DNA of 64,000 nucleotides from Gemmatimonadaceae bacterium (GCA_051859245.1 JBHYGA010000001.1:1437722-1501721); one strand, 5' to 3'. Positions 11,263-21,088 are shown, counted from the first letter of the stretch. Numbers and translations: made by a program. The notes: generated from the letters alone by a model not told the origin.

Positions 11263-12249
11263 ATGCTCAGTTCGCGATACAAGCCGTGGCACGTGCCGCT
11301 GTTTATGGGCAAGTATGCCTGGTTGCGCGTACGCAAGCGTCCGGTGTTGCTCAATCTCGAAGTCACCATGCGCTGCAACGCGCGTTGTGGGTTCTGCGAC
11401 TACTGGAAAACGCCGGCATCTGCGAAGGCCAGTGAACTCAAGGAGTTCACGGATATTGCGCGTCGCTTCAACCCGATGATGATCACCTTCACCGGCGGCG
11501 AGCCCACACTGCGGCGTGATCTCGAAGATATCGTCTCGGCGGTTCGCGACGCGACGACGTTCTCGTACCTCGCCATGATCACGCACGGCGGGATGCTCAC
11601 GCTTGATCGCGCCAAGTCGCTGTGGGATGCCGGTCTGGATCAGTTCAACATTTCGCTCGACTATCTTGACGGGCGACATGATGACGCGCGTGGCATTCCC
11701 GGTTTGACCGCCAAGATCATGGACACGGTGCCGCGCATGAAGGCAGCCGGCATTGGTAGCGTCCGGTTCAATACCGTGCTCAAACATGACAATCTCGATC
11801 AGATGTTGCCGTTGGTTCGCAAAGCGGCGAGCATGGGCGCGGGTGTGAACTTTTCGGTGTACACCGATGCCAAGAACGGCAACGAGAATCATCTGCTGCG
11901 CGACGAACATGTGCGTGCACTCGATGCGGTGATTCATGAGCTGCTGGAGTACAAGCGCAAGAATCGTGGCGTGATCACCAACTCGGATCATTATCTCTCC
12001 GAGATTCCGCGTTGGGTGAAAGGCCAGATGACGGCACCGTGTCCCAGTGGCACCACCACGGTCCACGTTGATCCGCAGGGCAAGGTGCGCCGGTGCCCGG
12101 ACTTTCCGCCGGATGTGGATTGGAAGCAGTGGAGTCCGTACGCGCCGATCAAGTGCGACGATTGTTTCTACGCGTGTCGCGGCGAAGCACAGGCCCCAAT
12201 GCGTTTGTCTCGCGTGCTGGACGTGATGGCCACACCGAAAATCACGTGA
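11263..12249 (+). CDS. Radical SAM enzyme with C-terminal SPASM/twitch-like Cys cluster
   Basis: CNARCGFC (CX3CX2C), TGGEP, C-terminal C...VDPQGKVRRC...CDDCFYAC; strong SD AAGGAGG. Confidence 0.9.
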   Translation: MLSSRYKPWHVPLFMGKYAWLRVRKRPVLLNLEVTMRCNARCGFCDYWKTPASAKASELKEFTDIARRFNPMMITFTGGEPTLRRDLEDIVSAVRDATTFSYLAMITHGGMLTLDRAKSLWDAGLDQFNISLDYLDGRHDDARGIPGLTAKIMDTVPRMKAAGIGSVRFNTVLKHDNLDQMLPLVRKAASMGAGVNFSVYTDAKNGNENHLLRDEHVRALDAVIHELLEYKRKNRGVITNSDHYLSEIPRWVKGQMTAPCPSGTTTVHVDPQGKVRRCPDFPPDVDWKQWSPYAPIKCDDCFYACRGEAQAPMRLSRVLDVMATPKIT

Positions 12250-12265
12250 CGTATCAGGTCGCGTT

Positions 12266-13522
12266 GTGAACACGACGCTGTTCGTGAACGCTGCGCAAAC
12301 CGTGACCTGCGCCGGTGCGGCCGAGGCACGGCGTGGTGGCGCCATGAATGATGCGGGCGTTCGCACCGGTGTTGGTGTCGCGGTGCAAGGTGAACTGATA
12401 GTCAGAGTGGATTCCGACAATGCGCTTCGCGCGGCTTTCCCAAATGCGCGCGAGGTCGATTGTGAGCGCGGATTACTTGCCCCCGGATTTGTAGACTCGC
12501 ACACACACGCTGTGTTTGGTGCAGCGCGATTTGCGGAACACGAGCTGCGTGCCACCGGTGTGCCATATCTGGAAATCGCACGTCGTGGTGGTGGTATTCA
12601 CTCATCGGTGCGTGACTTGCGCGCGACCAACAGTGAGACGCTGTACGCGCTGGCACTCCCGCGCATTGCACGTCTCGCCGCTGGCGGTGTGACGACGCTG
12701 GAGATCAAGTCGGGCTACGGACTCACGGTCCACGATGAGCTGCGCACGCTGAAAGTGATTCGTCAGCTGCAGGACACGTTGCCGCTGCGCATCGTGGCCA
12801 CGTGTCTTGGTGCGCATGAAGTGCCGCTGGAGTATCGCGATGCCCCAGACGGCCGGAGCGCGTGGATTGTCGCGCTGGAGGAAGAGCTGCATCCGGCCGT
12901 GGCGCGCGATGGACTCGCGGTGTTCGCGGATATCTTCGCAGAACCCGGCGTGTTTACGGTTCAGGAATCGCGACAGATTTTGCTCGGTGCACGGGCGGCC
13001 GGTCTCGCCCTCAAAATGCACGCCGACGAACTGCACGATGGTGGCGCCGCCATGCTTGGTGCGGAACTTGGTGTTACATCGGCCGATCACCTCGCGGCGG
13101 TGTCGGATGCCGGTATCGCGGCGCTCGCGGCCAGCCGGACTGTGGCCACGCTGCTCCCTTCCACCATGTTGTTTCTTGGCACAGGTCGGCAAGCGCCGGC
13201 GCGTCGGCTGATCGAAGCGGGTGCTGCCGTCGCGCTCGCTACCGACTTCAATCCCGGTACGTCTCCGCTCACCAGTTTTCCGTTGTTGCTCACGCTGGCC
13301 GTGAGTGAACTGCGAATGTCTGCCGCTGAGGCGTGGATTGCCGCCACCGTCAACGGTGCCGCCGCACTCGGACTCGCAGCGCAAACCGGTCAACTCGCGG
13401 CAGGATTCTCCGCCGACATCGCCGTGCATTCTGCAGAGGATTATCGCGAGTTGCCTTACTGGTTCGGCGAGCGTCTGTGTCGAGGAGCATGGAGTCGCGG
13501 CCGCGCTTGTCACTCTTCCTGA
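12266..13522 (+). CDS. hutI: Imidazolonepropionase
   Basis: PGFVDSHTH, GGGIHSSV, EIKSGYGL, HADEL, SADHL, ATDFNPG. Confidence 0.96.
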   Translation: MNTTLFVNAAQTVTCAGAAEARRGGAMNDAGVRTGVGVAVQGELIVRVDSDNALRAAFPNAREVDCERGLLAPGFVDSHTHAVFGAARFAEHELRATGVPYLEIARRGGGIHSSVRDLRATNSETLYALALPRIARLAAGGVTTLEIKSGYGLTVHDELRTLKVIRQLQDTLPLRIVATCLGAHEVPLEYRDAPDGRSAWIVALEEELHPAVARDGLAVFADIFAEPGVFTVQESRQILLGARAAGLALKMHADELHDGGAAMLGAELGVTSADHLAAVSDAGIAALAASRTVATLLPSTMLFLGTGRQAPARRLIEAGAAVALATDFNPGTSPLTSFPLLLTLAVSELRMSAAEAWIAATVNGAAALGLAAQTGQLAAGFSADIAVHSAEDYRELPYWFGERLCRGAWSRGRACHSS

Positions 13523-13625
13523 GTGTGCGTAGGTTGACGATCGCCTGACCACAGCTGGACTATAGCCGTCGTCCGCCGGACGAGTCCCCAGATTTGCGAC
13601 CCCAACGGGAGCCCGCCTCGCGCCG

Positions 13626-16600
13626 ATGTCGAACGCCGCAAAGCACAAGAAAAAGGCGGCTGAGTTCGAGTTGCAAAAGCAGTTCGACAAGGCCATTGCG
13701 AGTTACGTGCGCGCCATTGAAGTGGGCGATGCCGAAGGCGCTGAAGTCGATGTCTCGCTGCTGAACAAGGTCGGCGATCTCACACTTCGACTGGGCCGCG
13801 TGCCGGAAGCGGTCGCGTCGTACGAGCGCGCGGTTGATCACTACGCGTCGGTTGGACTGTTCAACAACGCGATCGCGCTCTGCAACAAGATTCTGCGTCA
13901 TGCGCCCGGACGCGCCGGCGTGTATCTCACACTCGGTCGGGTGTGCGCGCGAAAGGGTATGCGTGGCGATGCCACCCGCAACTTCCTGGAGTACGCGTCC
14001 CGCATGCGACAGGAGGGCCGCACCGATGAAGCGATGCGCTCGCTCGCCGAGGTCGCGGGGCTCATGCCGGAACTTGAAGAAGTGCGGCGACTCGTTGAGG
14101 AACATGCCGTTCATGTGGGCATCGAGCTGCCGTCGGCCGCAGACTCCGCCGCTGCTCCCGAAGCGAAAACGGCCGCGAGCCTGGTCTTTCTTGATATCGA
14201 CTACGATGCGAAGGCATCGCTGACACCGCCACTCGGCGAGCCGGCGTTCGAACCGATCGTTGCTCCAGCGGCACCGGCGCCCAAGGAAAAACCGGCTCGC
14301 TCGAACTCGCTTGACGATTTGCTGATTTTTGATCCCACCGAACTCGGCGACTCGGCGGACGACGATTGGCATCTTGATGGGCTCGAGAGCACGCATGCCG
14401 AGGTCGCGGAAGCCGACCTGAACGTGCCGTCATTGCTGCCCGACCATGGCGAGTCAGGCGCAACCGATGGGCTTGTGGCGCCGAGTGGCCTGACGGACGC
14501 GCTGGGGTTCGAGCCGGCCGACGTGGTAGGCGTGGAGGCCGAGGTGCTCGACGGACTCGTCAGCGATGACGCGCTGATCGGTAGCGGCGAGTCCGAAGGC
14601 GCGCACGGAGAGCTGGTGCTCGCCGACACGCCCCTGGCTGAGGCGCAGAACGTGTTGGCGGTCGACGCGTCCGTGGTGGAGTTGGAGTTGAACGCGGCGT
14701 TGGCTGCGGAGCAGGAAGTGCAGCCGGAAGCGGAGAACGAAGCGGAGCCGGAAGCGGAGCAGGACGCGCACGATCCAGCTCGGGCCGACGTGCCGCATTC
14801 GGGTGGTTTCGATCTCGATCTCATGTCGCTTGAGACGTACGACGACGAGATGGCGGCGGACGACGCGGCAATGCTGGCGGACATAGCGACGACGCCGGAG
14901 CCGGTGGACGTGGTGGACGTGGTGGACGTAGTGGACGTGGTGGACGTGGTGGACGTGGTGGACGTGGTCGACGTGGTCGACGCGGTGGACGTCGTTGACG
15001 AGACAGTCGAGGCGGATCCGGCTGACGTCGAGGCCTACACGGATGAGGAGGTAACGGACGCCGAGTTCCCTATCGAACCGCTTGTCGAAAGCGCGTTCAA
15101 TGAAGTTTCCGAAGTCGTTGTTTTGCTTGATGATAGATCTGAAGATCTAACGTCAGACATGAAGTCTGATTTCACGTCAGATCTCTCCTCAGATCTCACA
15201 TCACATCTCACGTCAGATCTCACGTCAGATCTCACGTCAGATCTCACCGCAGATCTGTCGTCGGAGGAGATCCCAGACGACGCCTCTGAGACGCTCGCTG
15301 ACGAAGCGCCAGACGCGATCGCTGATATTCCATGGATCGAGGAAGACAGCCTCGATCCTTCAACGGACGTGAACCCGGAGACGGCTGAGGCGCTGTTTGC
15401 CAACGACGCGTCTGATGCACCGACCGAACTGCCGTACGTCGCGACGACGCCATCAGAACCGGTCGAGCTGCCCTCCATGGAGGCTGTGCAGGAGCCCGTC
15501 GACCTGCCGTTTCTTGCGTTCGACGAATCGCTGCTGGACGAGTCCGCCGCCGACGACGCGTTGCCAGATGAGCCGCTTAACGTGGCGGACGAGAATGTCG
15601 ACGCGCCCGCGTTCACGATGTTCGACCTGGACGCGATCGAATCGATCGGCGAACTGCGCGAGACGGACGACGACGCTGACAGTGCGACGGACCGTGAGGC
15701 GAACGCCGAGGCCGAGCGACTCGGTGTCGATTTCGATCTATCTGCCATCATCGAGAGTGATCCTGCGGACGCGCTGGAGCCCTTCGATACCATCGAGGGC
15801 CTCGAACCCGACGTTGAGCCGCTCACTGCGCACGACACGCCGGTAGAGCCGCTGGTGGCGCGTCTGGAGACGCCCGCCGCGCCGTTGGAATTCCTCGAGG
15901 TTGAGCGCGACACACCCGCCGATGCGCTCGAGTACATCGATGTGGAGCCCATGGACGACGTGCTCGCCGAGGACGAGCGCCCCGATCTTGCGGCTTCAAC
16001 GCCCGTGCTTGTGAATGCGCCTCGCGCGCGGCTGAATCCGCACGACTTCATTTTGCCGGGCGAGCTTCCGCCCATCGTCTACCCGGACGCGCTGCTCACG
16101 CCGCCGGCGGCAGCCGCTGCCGTGCCCCAAATGCTCGATGTCGATGACGTCGAGGGCCCAGAGCAACTTCTTGAGCTGAGCAGCGCAGACTCGGCGACAA
16201 CGCCGTCTGATGCGACGTTCGATGCGACGTTCGATGCGACGTTCGATGCGACGTTCGATGCGACGTTTGATACGACGTTTGATACGACGTTTGATACGAC
16301 ATTAGATGCGACGCTTGACGCGACAGTCGCTGCAACCCCCGACGACGACCTCGTCGACCTCGACGCGATCCTCACGCCGCGCACACCCGCCGCGTCCATC
16401 AACCTCGCCCTCGATCGTTGCACGCGGTTGCGCGAAGAAGTCGATCGGCACCCGGGCGATTGGGCGCGTCGTCGGCGTCTCGCGGAGGCGCTGCTCGAAG
16501 CCGGACAGCTTGAAGCTGGTATGGATGAGCTCGCCGCTACCGTTCTCGGCCTTGAGGTCGAGGGCGCACTCATCGACGCCGCGAAGGTCACCGATGAGAT

Positions 16601-17390
16601 GGTGCGTGTGTCGCCCGATGTCGTCACGCACCATCTGAAGCGTGTGGAGTTGGCGGTACGTCTTGCCGACACCGACCGCCTTCGTGAGAGCTACCTCGAC
16701 CTCGCCGACGCACTCGTTCGCACGGGCCAGGAACAGCGCGCCGAATCGGTGTACGTCCGCGTGCTCGAGCTTGACCCATGGGACGATCGTGCACGCGCCG
16801 CACTCGGCGACGCCGCGCCACCGCCGCCTTCGCCCAAGCCGCCAGTGGCGCAGCAGGATGACGGCTATGTGAGTCTGTCCGATTGGTTGTCAGACGGCGA
16901 TGCCACGCGCGACACCCGCATGCGCGTGAAAGAGCCAACCATGACGGGCGACGAAGACGCCGACTTTGATCGCCTGTTGCAGAACTTCCGCGAGGGCGTC
17001 GCGCGAAGCCTGGGCGACGAAGATTATGAGAGCCACTACGATCTCGGTGTGGCCTACAAGGAAATGGGTTTGCTCGACGATGCCGTCGCCGAATTCCAGC
17101 GCGCGCTGCGGAGTCCCACGCATCGCTTGCCGGCGTATGAGGCGCTCGGACAGTGTTTTATCGAAAAAGGGAGCCTTCCGGTGGCCGTAACCGTTCTATC
17201 TCGGGCGCTGCATGAACCCGGGCTAAACGACGACCAGCGGGTAGGTGTGCTCTACTTGTTGGGATATGCGTGTGAGGCCCTGCAGCGCCGAGACGAGGCA
17301 CGGAGCTATTTTCAACGCGTGTACGCAACCGACATAAATTTCCGAGACGTCGCCGACCGCCTGGCCGCCCTTGATCGGGGCGCGCGATGA
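13626..17390 (+). CDS. Large TPR protein (1254 aa) with long acidic low-complexity linker
   Basis: N-terminal TPRs, long D/E/A/P-rich middle, TPR-like segment, C-terminal TPRs beginning SHYDLGVAYKEMGLLDDAVAEFQ. Confidence 0.85.
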   Translation: MSNAAKHKKKAAEFELQKQFDKAIASYVRAIEVGDAEGAEVDVSLLNKVGDLTLRLGRVPEAVASYERAVDHYASVGLFNNAIALCNKILRHAPGRAGVYLTLGRVCARKGMRGDATRNFLEYASRMRQEGRTDEAMRSLAEVAGLMPELEEVRRLVEEHAVHVGIELPSAADSAAAPEAKTAASLVFLDIDYDAKASLTPPLGEPAFEPIVAPAAPAPKEKPARSNSLDDLLIFDPTELGDSADDDWHLDGLESTHAEVAEADLNVPSLLPDHGESGATDGLVAPSGLTDALGFEPADVVGVEAEVLDGLVSDDALIGSGESEGAHGELVLADTPLAEAQNVLAVDASVVELELNAALAAEQEVQPEAENEAEPEAEQDAHDPARADVPHSGGFDLDLMSLETYDDEMAADDAAMLADIATTPEPVDVVDVVDVVDVVDVVDVVDVVDVVDAVDVVDETVEADPADVEAYTDEEVTDAEFPIEPLVESAFNEVSEVVVLLDDRSEDLTSDMKSDFTSDLSSDLTSHLTSDLTSDLTSDLTADLSSEEIPDDASETLADEAPDAIADIPWIEEDSLDPSTDVNPETAEALFANDASDAPTELPYVATTPSEPVELPSMEAVQEPVDLPFLAFDESLLDESAADDALPDEPLNVADENVDAPAFTMFDLDAIESIGELRETDDDADSATDREANAEAERLGVDFDLSAIIESDPADALEPFDTIEGLEPDVEPLTAHDTPVEPLVARLETPAAPLEFLEVERDTPADALEYIDVEPMDDVLAEDERPDLAASTPVLVNAPRARLNPHDFILPGELPPIVYPDALLTPPAAAAAVPQMLDVDDVEGPEQLLELSSADSATTPSDATFDATFDATFDATFDATFDTTFDTTFDTTLDATLDATVAATPDDDLVDLDAILTPRTPAASINLALDRCTRLREEVDRHPGDWARRRRLAEALLEAGQLEAGMDELAATVLGLEVEGALIDAAKVTDEMVRVSPDVVTHHLKRVELAVRLADTDRLRESYLDLADALVRTGQEQRAESVYVRVLELDPWDDRARAALGDAAPPPPSPKPPVAQQDDGYVSLSDWLSDGDATRDTRMRVKEPTMTGDEDADFDRLLQNFREGVARSLGDEDYESHYDLGVAYKEMGLLDDAVAEFQRALRSPTHRLPAYEALGQCFIEKGSLPVAVTVLSRALHEPGLNDDQRVGVLYLLGYACEALQRRDEARSYFQRVYATDINFRDVADRLAALDRGAR
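14904..14999 (+). repeat. 9-bp coding tandem repeat GTGGACGTG, about 10.7 units (VDV)n
   Basis: Read directly from the sequence; encodes VDVVDVVDV...VDAVDVVD. Confidence 0.95.
15141..15260 (+). repeat. 12-bp coding tandem repeat, consensus TCAGATCTCACG, 10 units (SDLT)n
   Basis: Encodes EDLT SDMK SDFT SDLS SDLT SHLT SDLT SDLT SDLT ADLS. Confidence 0.92.
16206..16325 (+). repeat. 12-bp coding tandem repeat, consensus TTCGATGCGACG, 10 units (FDAT)n
   Basis: Encodes SDAT, FDAT x4, FDTT x3, LDAT x2. Confidence 0.95.
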
Positions 17391-18391
17391 CTGTATCCGC
17401 GCGCACCCCGACAGCGCTGGCCGCTGCGCTCCGCGACATCCAAGCCCCCGTGCGCGGGGAGCTCGAGGCGGTGCCCGGAGAGATCCGGCGCATCGTCACT
17501 GCTGACGTACCCTTGGTGCAAGAGGTGGGCGACCACTTGCTGGGCATGAAGGGAAAACTTCTGCGTCCTACTCTCACACTCTTGTCCGCCGCGGTCGAAG
17601 ATCGCATGCAACCGCGTGCGATCACCTGCGCGGCGGTGGTTGAACTGCTGCATCTCGCGACGCTCATTCACGACGACGCCGTGGATCATTCCGTATTGCG
17701 ACGCGGCATGCCCACCGTCAATGCGCTGTTCAGTCATCAGATCTCGGTCATCATGGGAGACTTTCTCTACTCGCGCGTGATGCGCGAGTTGGTGAAGCTC
17801 GGTGACATTGAGATCATGCGCGCCGTGTCGAATGCATCAGACGCGATGACGCTCGGTGAAATGCGTCAGCTCGCGGCCTTTGATGCGCTTGCGTTTACAG
17901 AAGACGATTACGAGCGCCTCATCAAATCAAAAACAGCGGCCCTGTTTGTGGCGGCGTGTTCTGTCGGTGCGCTGTGTGGTGCAGAAGCGCATCACGACGC
18001 ACTCGCGCGTTACGGCGAGCGGCTGGGTATGGCGTTTCAGGTGGCCGACGATCTGCTCGACTACACGGAGACCGCCGAAATGACCGGCAAGCCGAGTGGA
18101 CTCGATTTGCGTGAGCACAAGGTGACGCTGCCGTTGATTGCCGCGCTTCGTCATATGTCTCCCGCCGCCCGCGGGCGGGTGGAGGCGCTGTTCGCGACGC
18201 CGCAGCCAGACGAGGATGCCGTGAACGAGGTCATCAACATGGTTCGCGAGTCGGGCGGGCTCGAATACGCACGCCGGCGCGCGGATCAGTTCGCGCAGGA
18301 ATCCGAAGAGGCGTTGGCCAGCGTACCTGATAGTCCAGCGCGTGCGGTGCTGCTCGACGCGATCGGGTACGCCGTGGACAGGCGCTGGTAA
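17387..18391 (+). CDS. Polyprenyl diphosphate synthase (IspB/HepT type)
   Basis: GKLLRP, FARM LIHDDAVD..RRG, KT, SARM FQVADDLLD, GKP.G.DLRE.K.TLP. Confidence 0.93.
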   Translation: MTVSARTPTALAAALRDIQAPVRGELEAVPGEIRRIVTADVPLVQEVGDHLLGMKGKLLRPTLTLLSAAVEDRMQPRAITCAAVVELLHLATLIHDDAVDHSVLRRGMPTVNALFSHQISVIMGDFLYSRVMRELVKLGDIEIMRAVSNASDAMTLGEMRQLAAFDALAFTEDDYERLIKSKTAALFVAACSVGALCGAEAHHDALARYGERLGMAFQVADDLLDYTETAEMTGKPSGLDLREHKVTLPLIAALRHMSPAARGRVEALFATPQPDEDAVNEVINMVRESGGLEYARRRADQFAQESEEALASVPDSPARAVLLDAIGYAVDRRW

Positions 18392-18669
18392 TGGCCAAAG
18401 GACCCTCGAAACACCGTCCGGTGTTTCATCTGCTGGTACTCAGCTCCGGGTTTGTGGCCGGTGGGTTGATGGCGCAGCTTGCACGTCGCTTTCTTCCTGC
18501 CGGGGCTGTGAAGGAGTTTTTAACGGCAGGGGTTCAACCGTCGGTTGGACCGTTGCCAATTGATCTGATTATATTGAAGTTTGCGCTCGGCCCAGTTGCG
18601 CTCGATGTTTCGTTGCTGAGCTTGGTGGGCGTCCTCATCGCGTACCTCATCGCACGCTCCCTGTTCTAG
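18391..18669 (+). CDS. Small membrane protein (possibly DUF4321-like)
   Basis: 92 aa, hydrophobic, TAATG coupling to upstream gene. Confidence 0.7.
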   Translation: MAKGPSKHRPVFHLLVLSSGFVAGGLMAQLARRFLPAGAVKEFLTAGVQPSVGPLPIDLIILKFALGPVALDVSLLSLVGVLIAYLIARSLF

Positions 18670-18677
18670 GAGTAACA

Positions 18678-18935
18678 ATGAACTTCGGCAATATGGGATT
18701 CACCGAGATCCTGATCATTCTCGTGGTAGTGCTGCTGCTCTTTGGAGCAAAGCGTATCCCGGAAATCGCAGGATCGTTTGGCAAAGGCATTACAGAGTTC
18801 AAGCGTAACTTGAACGACGCGCAAAAGGCCATCACGGAGCCGCCGCGCTCGGATCGTGCCGTTGGTGCGCCGCAGCCCACGGCAACGGTGACGCCAGAGG
18901 AAGAGCGCCCCGAGCCCAAGCGCTTGCTGAACTAA
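18678..18935 (+). CDS. tatA: Twin-arginine translocase TatA/TatE
   Basis: [43 protein letters not shown]. Confidence 0.95.
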   Translation: MNFGNMGFTEILIILVVVLLLFGAKRIPEIAGSFGKGITEFKRNLNDAQKAITEPPRSDRAVGAPQPTATVTPEEERPEPKRLLN

Positions 18936-18953
18936 GCGTCTCATTAGTTCCAA

Positions 18954-19000
18954 AAGAAAAACGCCCCCGACATGGTTACCATGTCGGGGGCGTTTTTCTT
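18954..19000. terminator. Bidirectional intrinsic terminator
   Basis: Perfect 22-bp inverted repeat AAGAAAAACGCCCCCGACATGG-tta-CCATGTCGGGGGCGTTTTTCTT between convergent tatA and ppiD-like genes. Confidence 0.95.
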
Positions 19001-19018
19001 GTGATGCTTACCGCGCGA

Positions 19019-20851
19019 TCAGAGCGGAACCTGACGGCGCAGGTTCGCCTGGATCTTCTTGCGATCGTCCTTGATCTTGGCGTTTTCGCGCATGCCGAGC
19101 AGATACTGCTGGACACGCTCCTGCTTGAGCGACTGCACGGTCTGCATGCGGAACACGGGGCTGATCAGCGCAAAGTCGGAGCTGTCGGCCGGCGCGAACT
19201 CGTCGAGCTGCAATACGAAGACACCGTCCTGCGTCTTTACCGGCTGGCTGACTTCACCAAGCTTCAAGCCAAACGCGGCGCCGACAGCCTGCGTGAACTG
19301 ACCGAGTCCCGGCACCAGCGACGAGCGACCAAACCGATCGGTCTGCTCCACGGTCAAGCCCTGCGACGCTGCGGCAGCGGAAAGCGACGACCCGCGAGCC
19401 GCGGTGGCCAGCGCCTGCGCCTTTGGAACGAGCGCTTCCACGCGCTTGGCGCGCTCCAGTCGGCGACGAATGTCGTCCTTCACATCGGCGAGTGGCGCAA
19501 TACCACCGGCGCGCAGCGAATCCAGACGTCCGATGTAGTACGCTTCTGGCGCGTCCTGCAGATCACTCGACTCACCGATCTGCGTGCCACTGAACGCCCA
19601 CGCGCTCATGCCGGGAACATAACGACCGGCAAAGTTAAGCGGCTCGTTTTCCGTGGCCACAACTTGCGACACGGGCAACCCGAGTTCCGCCGCAGCGCTG
19701 TCGAACAGCGCCGGCTCCGTTACGCCGGCGGCAAGGGTTGATACACGATCGGCCAGTCGATCCGTGGCCGAAGCCGTGGAATCACTCTGCTTGATTGCAA
19801 TAAGCAGATGGCGCAAATCGAGCGTATCGCCGCGTTTGCTGTCAACACGAATGAGATGCCAACCGAACGGCGTTTGCACGGGCTGCGAGAGCTCGCCAAC
19901 ACTCAACGCGTACGCTGCTGTTTCGAACGGCTCGACGTAACGACCACGTGTGCTTTCACCAAGCGATCCGCCGTTGACCGCGCTCGACGTATCATCTGAT
20001 TCACGCATGGCAACGGTCGCAAAATCGGCACCGCCAACAATCTCTGCGCGCAACGCATCAATGCGCGCGCGCGCTGACTGCGAATCAACCGCCGTGATGG
20101 AACGTTCGATGTTCATCAGAGAGAGAACGGCGCGTGCCGGGCGCTCGAACAACTTCTGATTCTCGTTGTAGAAGCGCGAAACATCTTCGTCGCTGACCGA
20201 GACGGGGCTGGTGGAATCCGCGTCGGCACGGAACGCCACGAAGCTCACTTTGGCGGAGTCATTGCGATCCTTATAGATCTGCCACAGCCGCGCTTCAGAC
20301 ACCCACACATCAGATGACACCTGGTCGAACAACTTCTGGCGCGGAATTTCGGAGCGATAGAAGTTCTCGAGACCAACGAGCAATCCCTGCTGCCGCGCGA
20401 TCGGGCTGGCAAGGAATCGCTGGTACTTGGTGATGTCGAACTGGCCATCGGTCTGGAAATCGGGGTTCTGCTCCACACCCGGTGGCGGGCTCTGGCGAGC
20501 CGCGTCCATGATTTCCGCATCTGTGACCGAGATGCCCCGCCGTTCGTACTCCTGTCGGAGCAGGATGTCATTGACAAGCTCGTCGAACGCGCGGTCCTCG
20601 AGCGTGCGGCGCTCGTCGAGCGTGATGCCACGACCGAGACGCTGTGCCTCCTGCTGCTCGAGATTCTGAACGGCCTGTTCCCAGGTCAGGTACAGGATGT
20701 CCTCACCATTGACGTTAGCTACCACCGTATTCGTTGTGACCGGCGCGCGTCCGAGCAAGCCGGAGCTGTCCACCAGCAAAAAGCCACCAACGAACGCGAT
20801 GATGAGCACGATCCAAACGTATTTCGCAGCGCTCCGCATGGTCTGCAGCAC
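19019..20851 (-). CDS. PpiD/SurA-like parvulin peptidyl-prolyl isomerase and chaperone
   Basis: N-terminal TM anchor, SurA_N region, rotamase motif DFATVAMRESDD.SSAVNGGSLG...FETAAYAL..GELSQPVQTPFGWHLI; GTG 20851 preceded by AAGGAG. Confidence 0.88.
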   Translation of the reverse strand: MLQTMRSAAKYVWIVLIIAFVGGFLLVDSSGLLGRAPVTTNTVVANVNGEDILYLTWEQAVQNLEQQEAQRLGRGITLDERRTLEDRAFDELVNDILLRQEYERRGISVTDAEIMDAARQSPPPGVEQNPDFQTDGQFDITKYQRFLASPIARQQGLLVGLENFYRSEIPRQKLFDQVSSDVWVSEARLWQIYKDRNDSAKVSFVAFRADADSTSPVSVSDEDVSRFYNENQKLFERPARAVLSLMNIERSITAVDSQSARARIDALRAEIVGGADFATVAMRESDDTSSAVNGGSLGESTRGRYVEPFETAAYALSVGELSQPVQTPFGWHLIRVDSKRGDTLDLRHLLIAIKQSDSTASATDRLADRVSTLAAGVTEPALFDSAAAELGLPVSQVVATENEPLNFAGRYVPGMSAWAFSGTQIGESSDLQDAPEAYYIGRLDSLRAGGIAPLADVKDDIRRRLERAKRVEALVPKAQALATAARGSSLSAAAASQGLTVEQTDRFGRSSLVPGLGQFTQAVGAAFGLKLGEVSQPVKTQDGVFVLQLDEFAPADSSDFALISPVFRMQTVQSLKQERVQQYLLGMRENAKIKDDRKKIQANLRRQVPL

Positions 20852-21013
20852 GGGGCGGGACTCCTTCGAGCGGGGAGGTTGGTAACACGCCCGATTCGCG
20901 CAGCCGACGCCTCGGATGTCGAGGCGTAGCGCACGTCGGGGACAAGCAGGTAAAAGTAGGGGACGCGAGAGTGTAAAGGCAAGTGACGTCAACACTTCTA
21001 CATCCGTCTACAT

Positions 21014-21041
21014 TTGACTTCCCGAAGTGGCGCCATACGTT
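21014..21041 (+). promoter_or_regulatory. Possible sigma70-type promoter for the TPR-aroQ-acc operon
   Basis: TTGACT-N16-TACGTT in the divergent intergenic region. Confidence 0.35.
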
Positions 21042-21088
21042 GAGCGGATGGACCGCGCCGGGACCACAACGCATTGGGGATAGACCGG

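Noticed and set aside
11146..12555. Long antisense or alternative-frame ORFs (also 23208-24626, 45975-47165, 51492-52712, 19001-19741)
   Set aside because: They shadow well-supported genes, have no recognisable motifs, and are expected in high-GC DNA
14904..16325. Tandem repeats as a CRISPR array
   Set aside because: Units are 9-12 bp with no spacers, in frame within a CDS, and no cas genes are present
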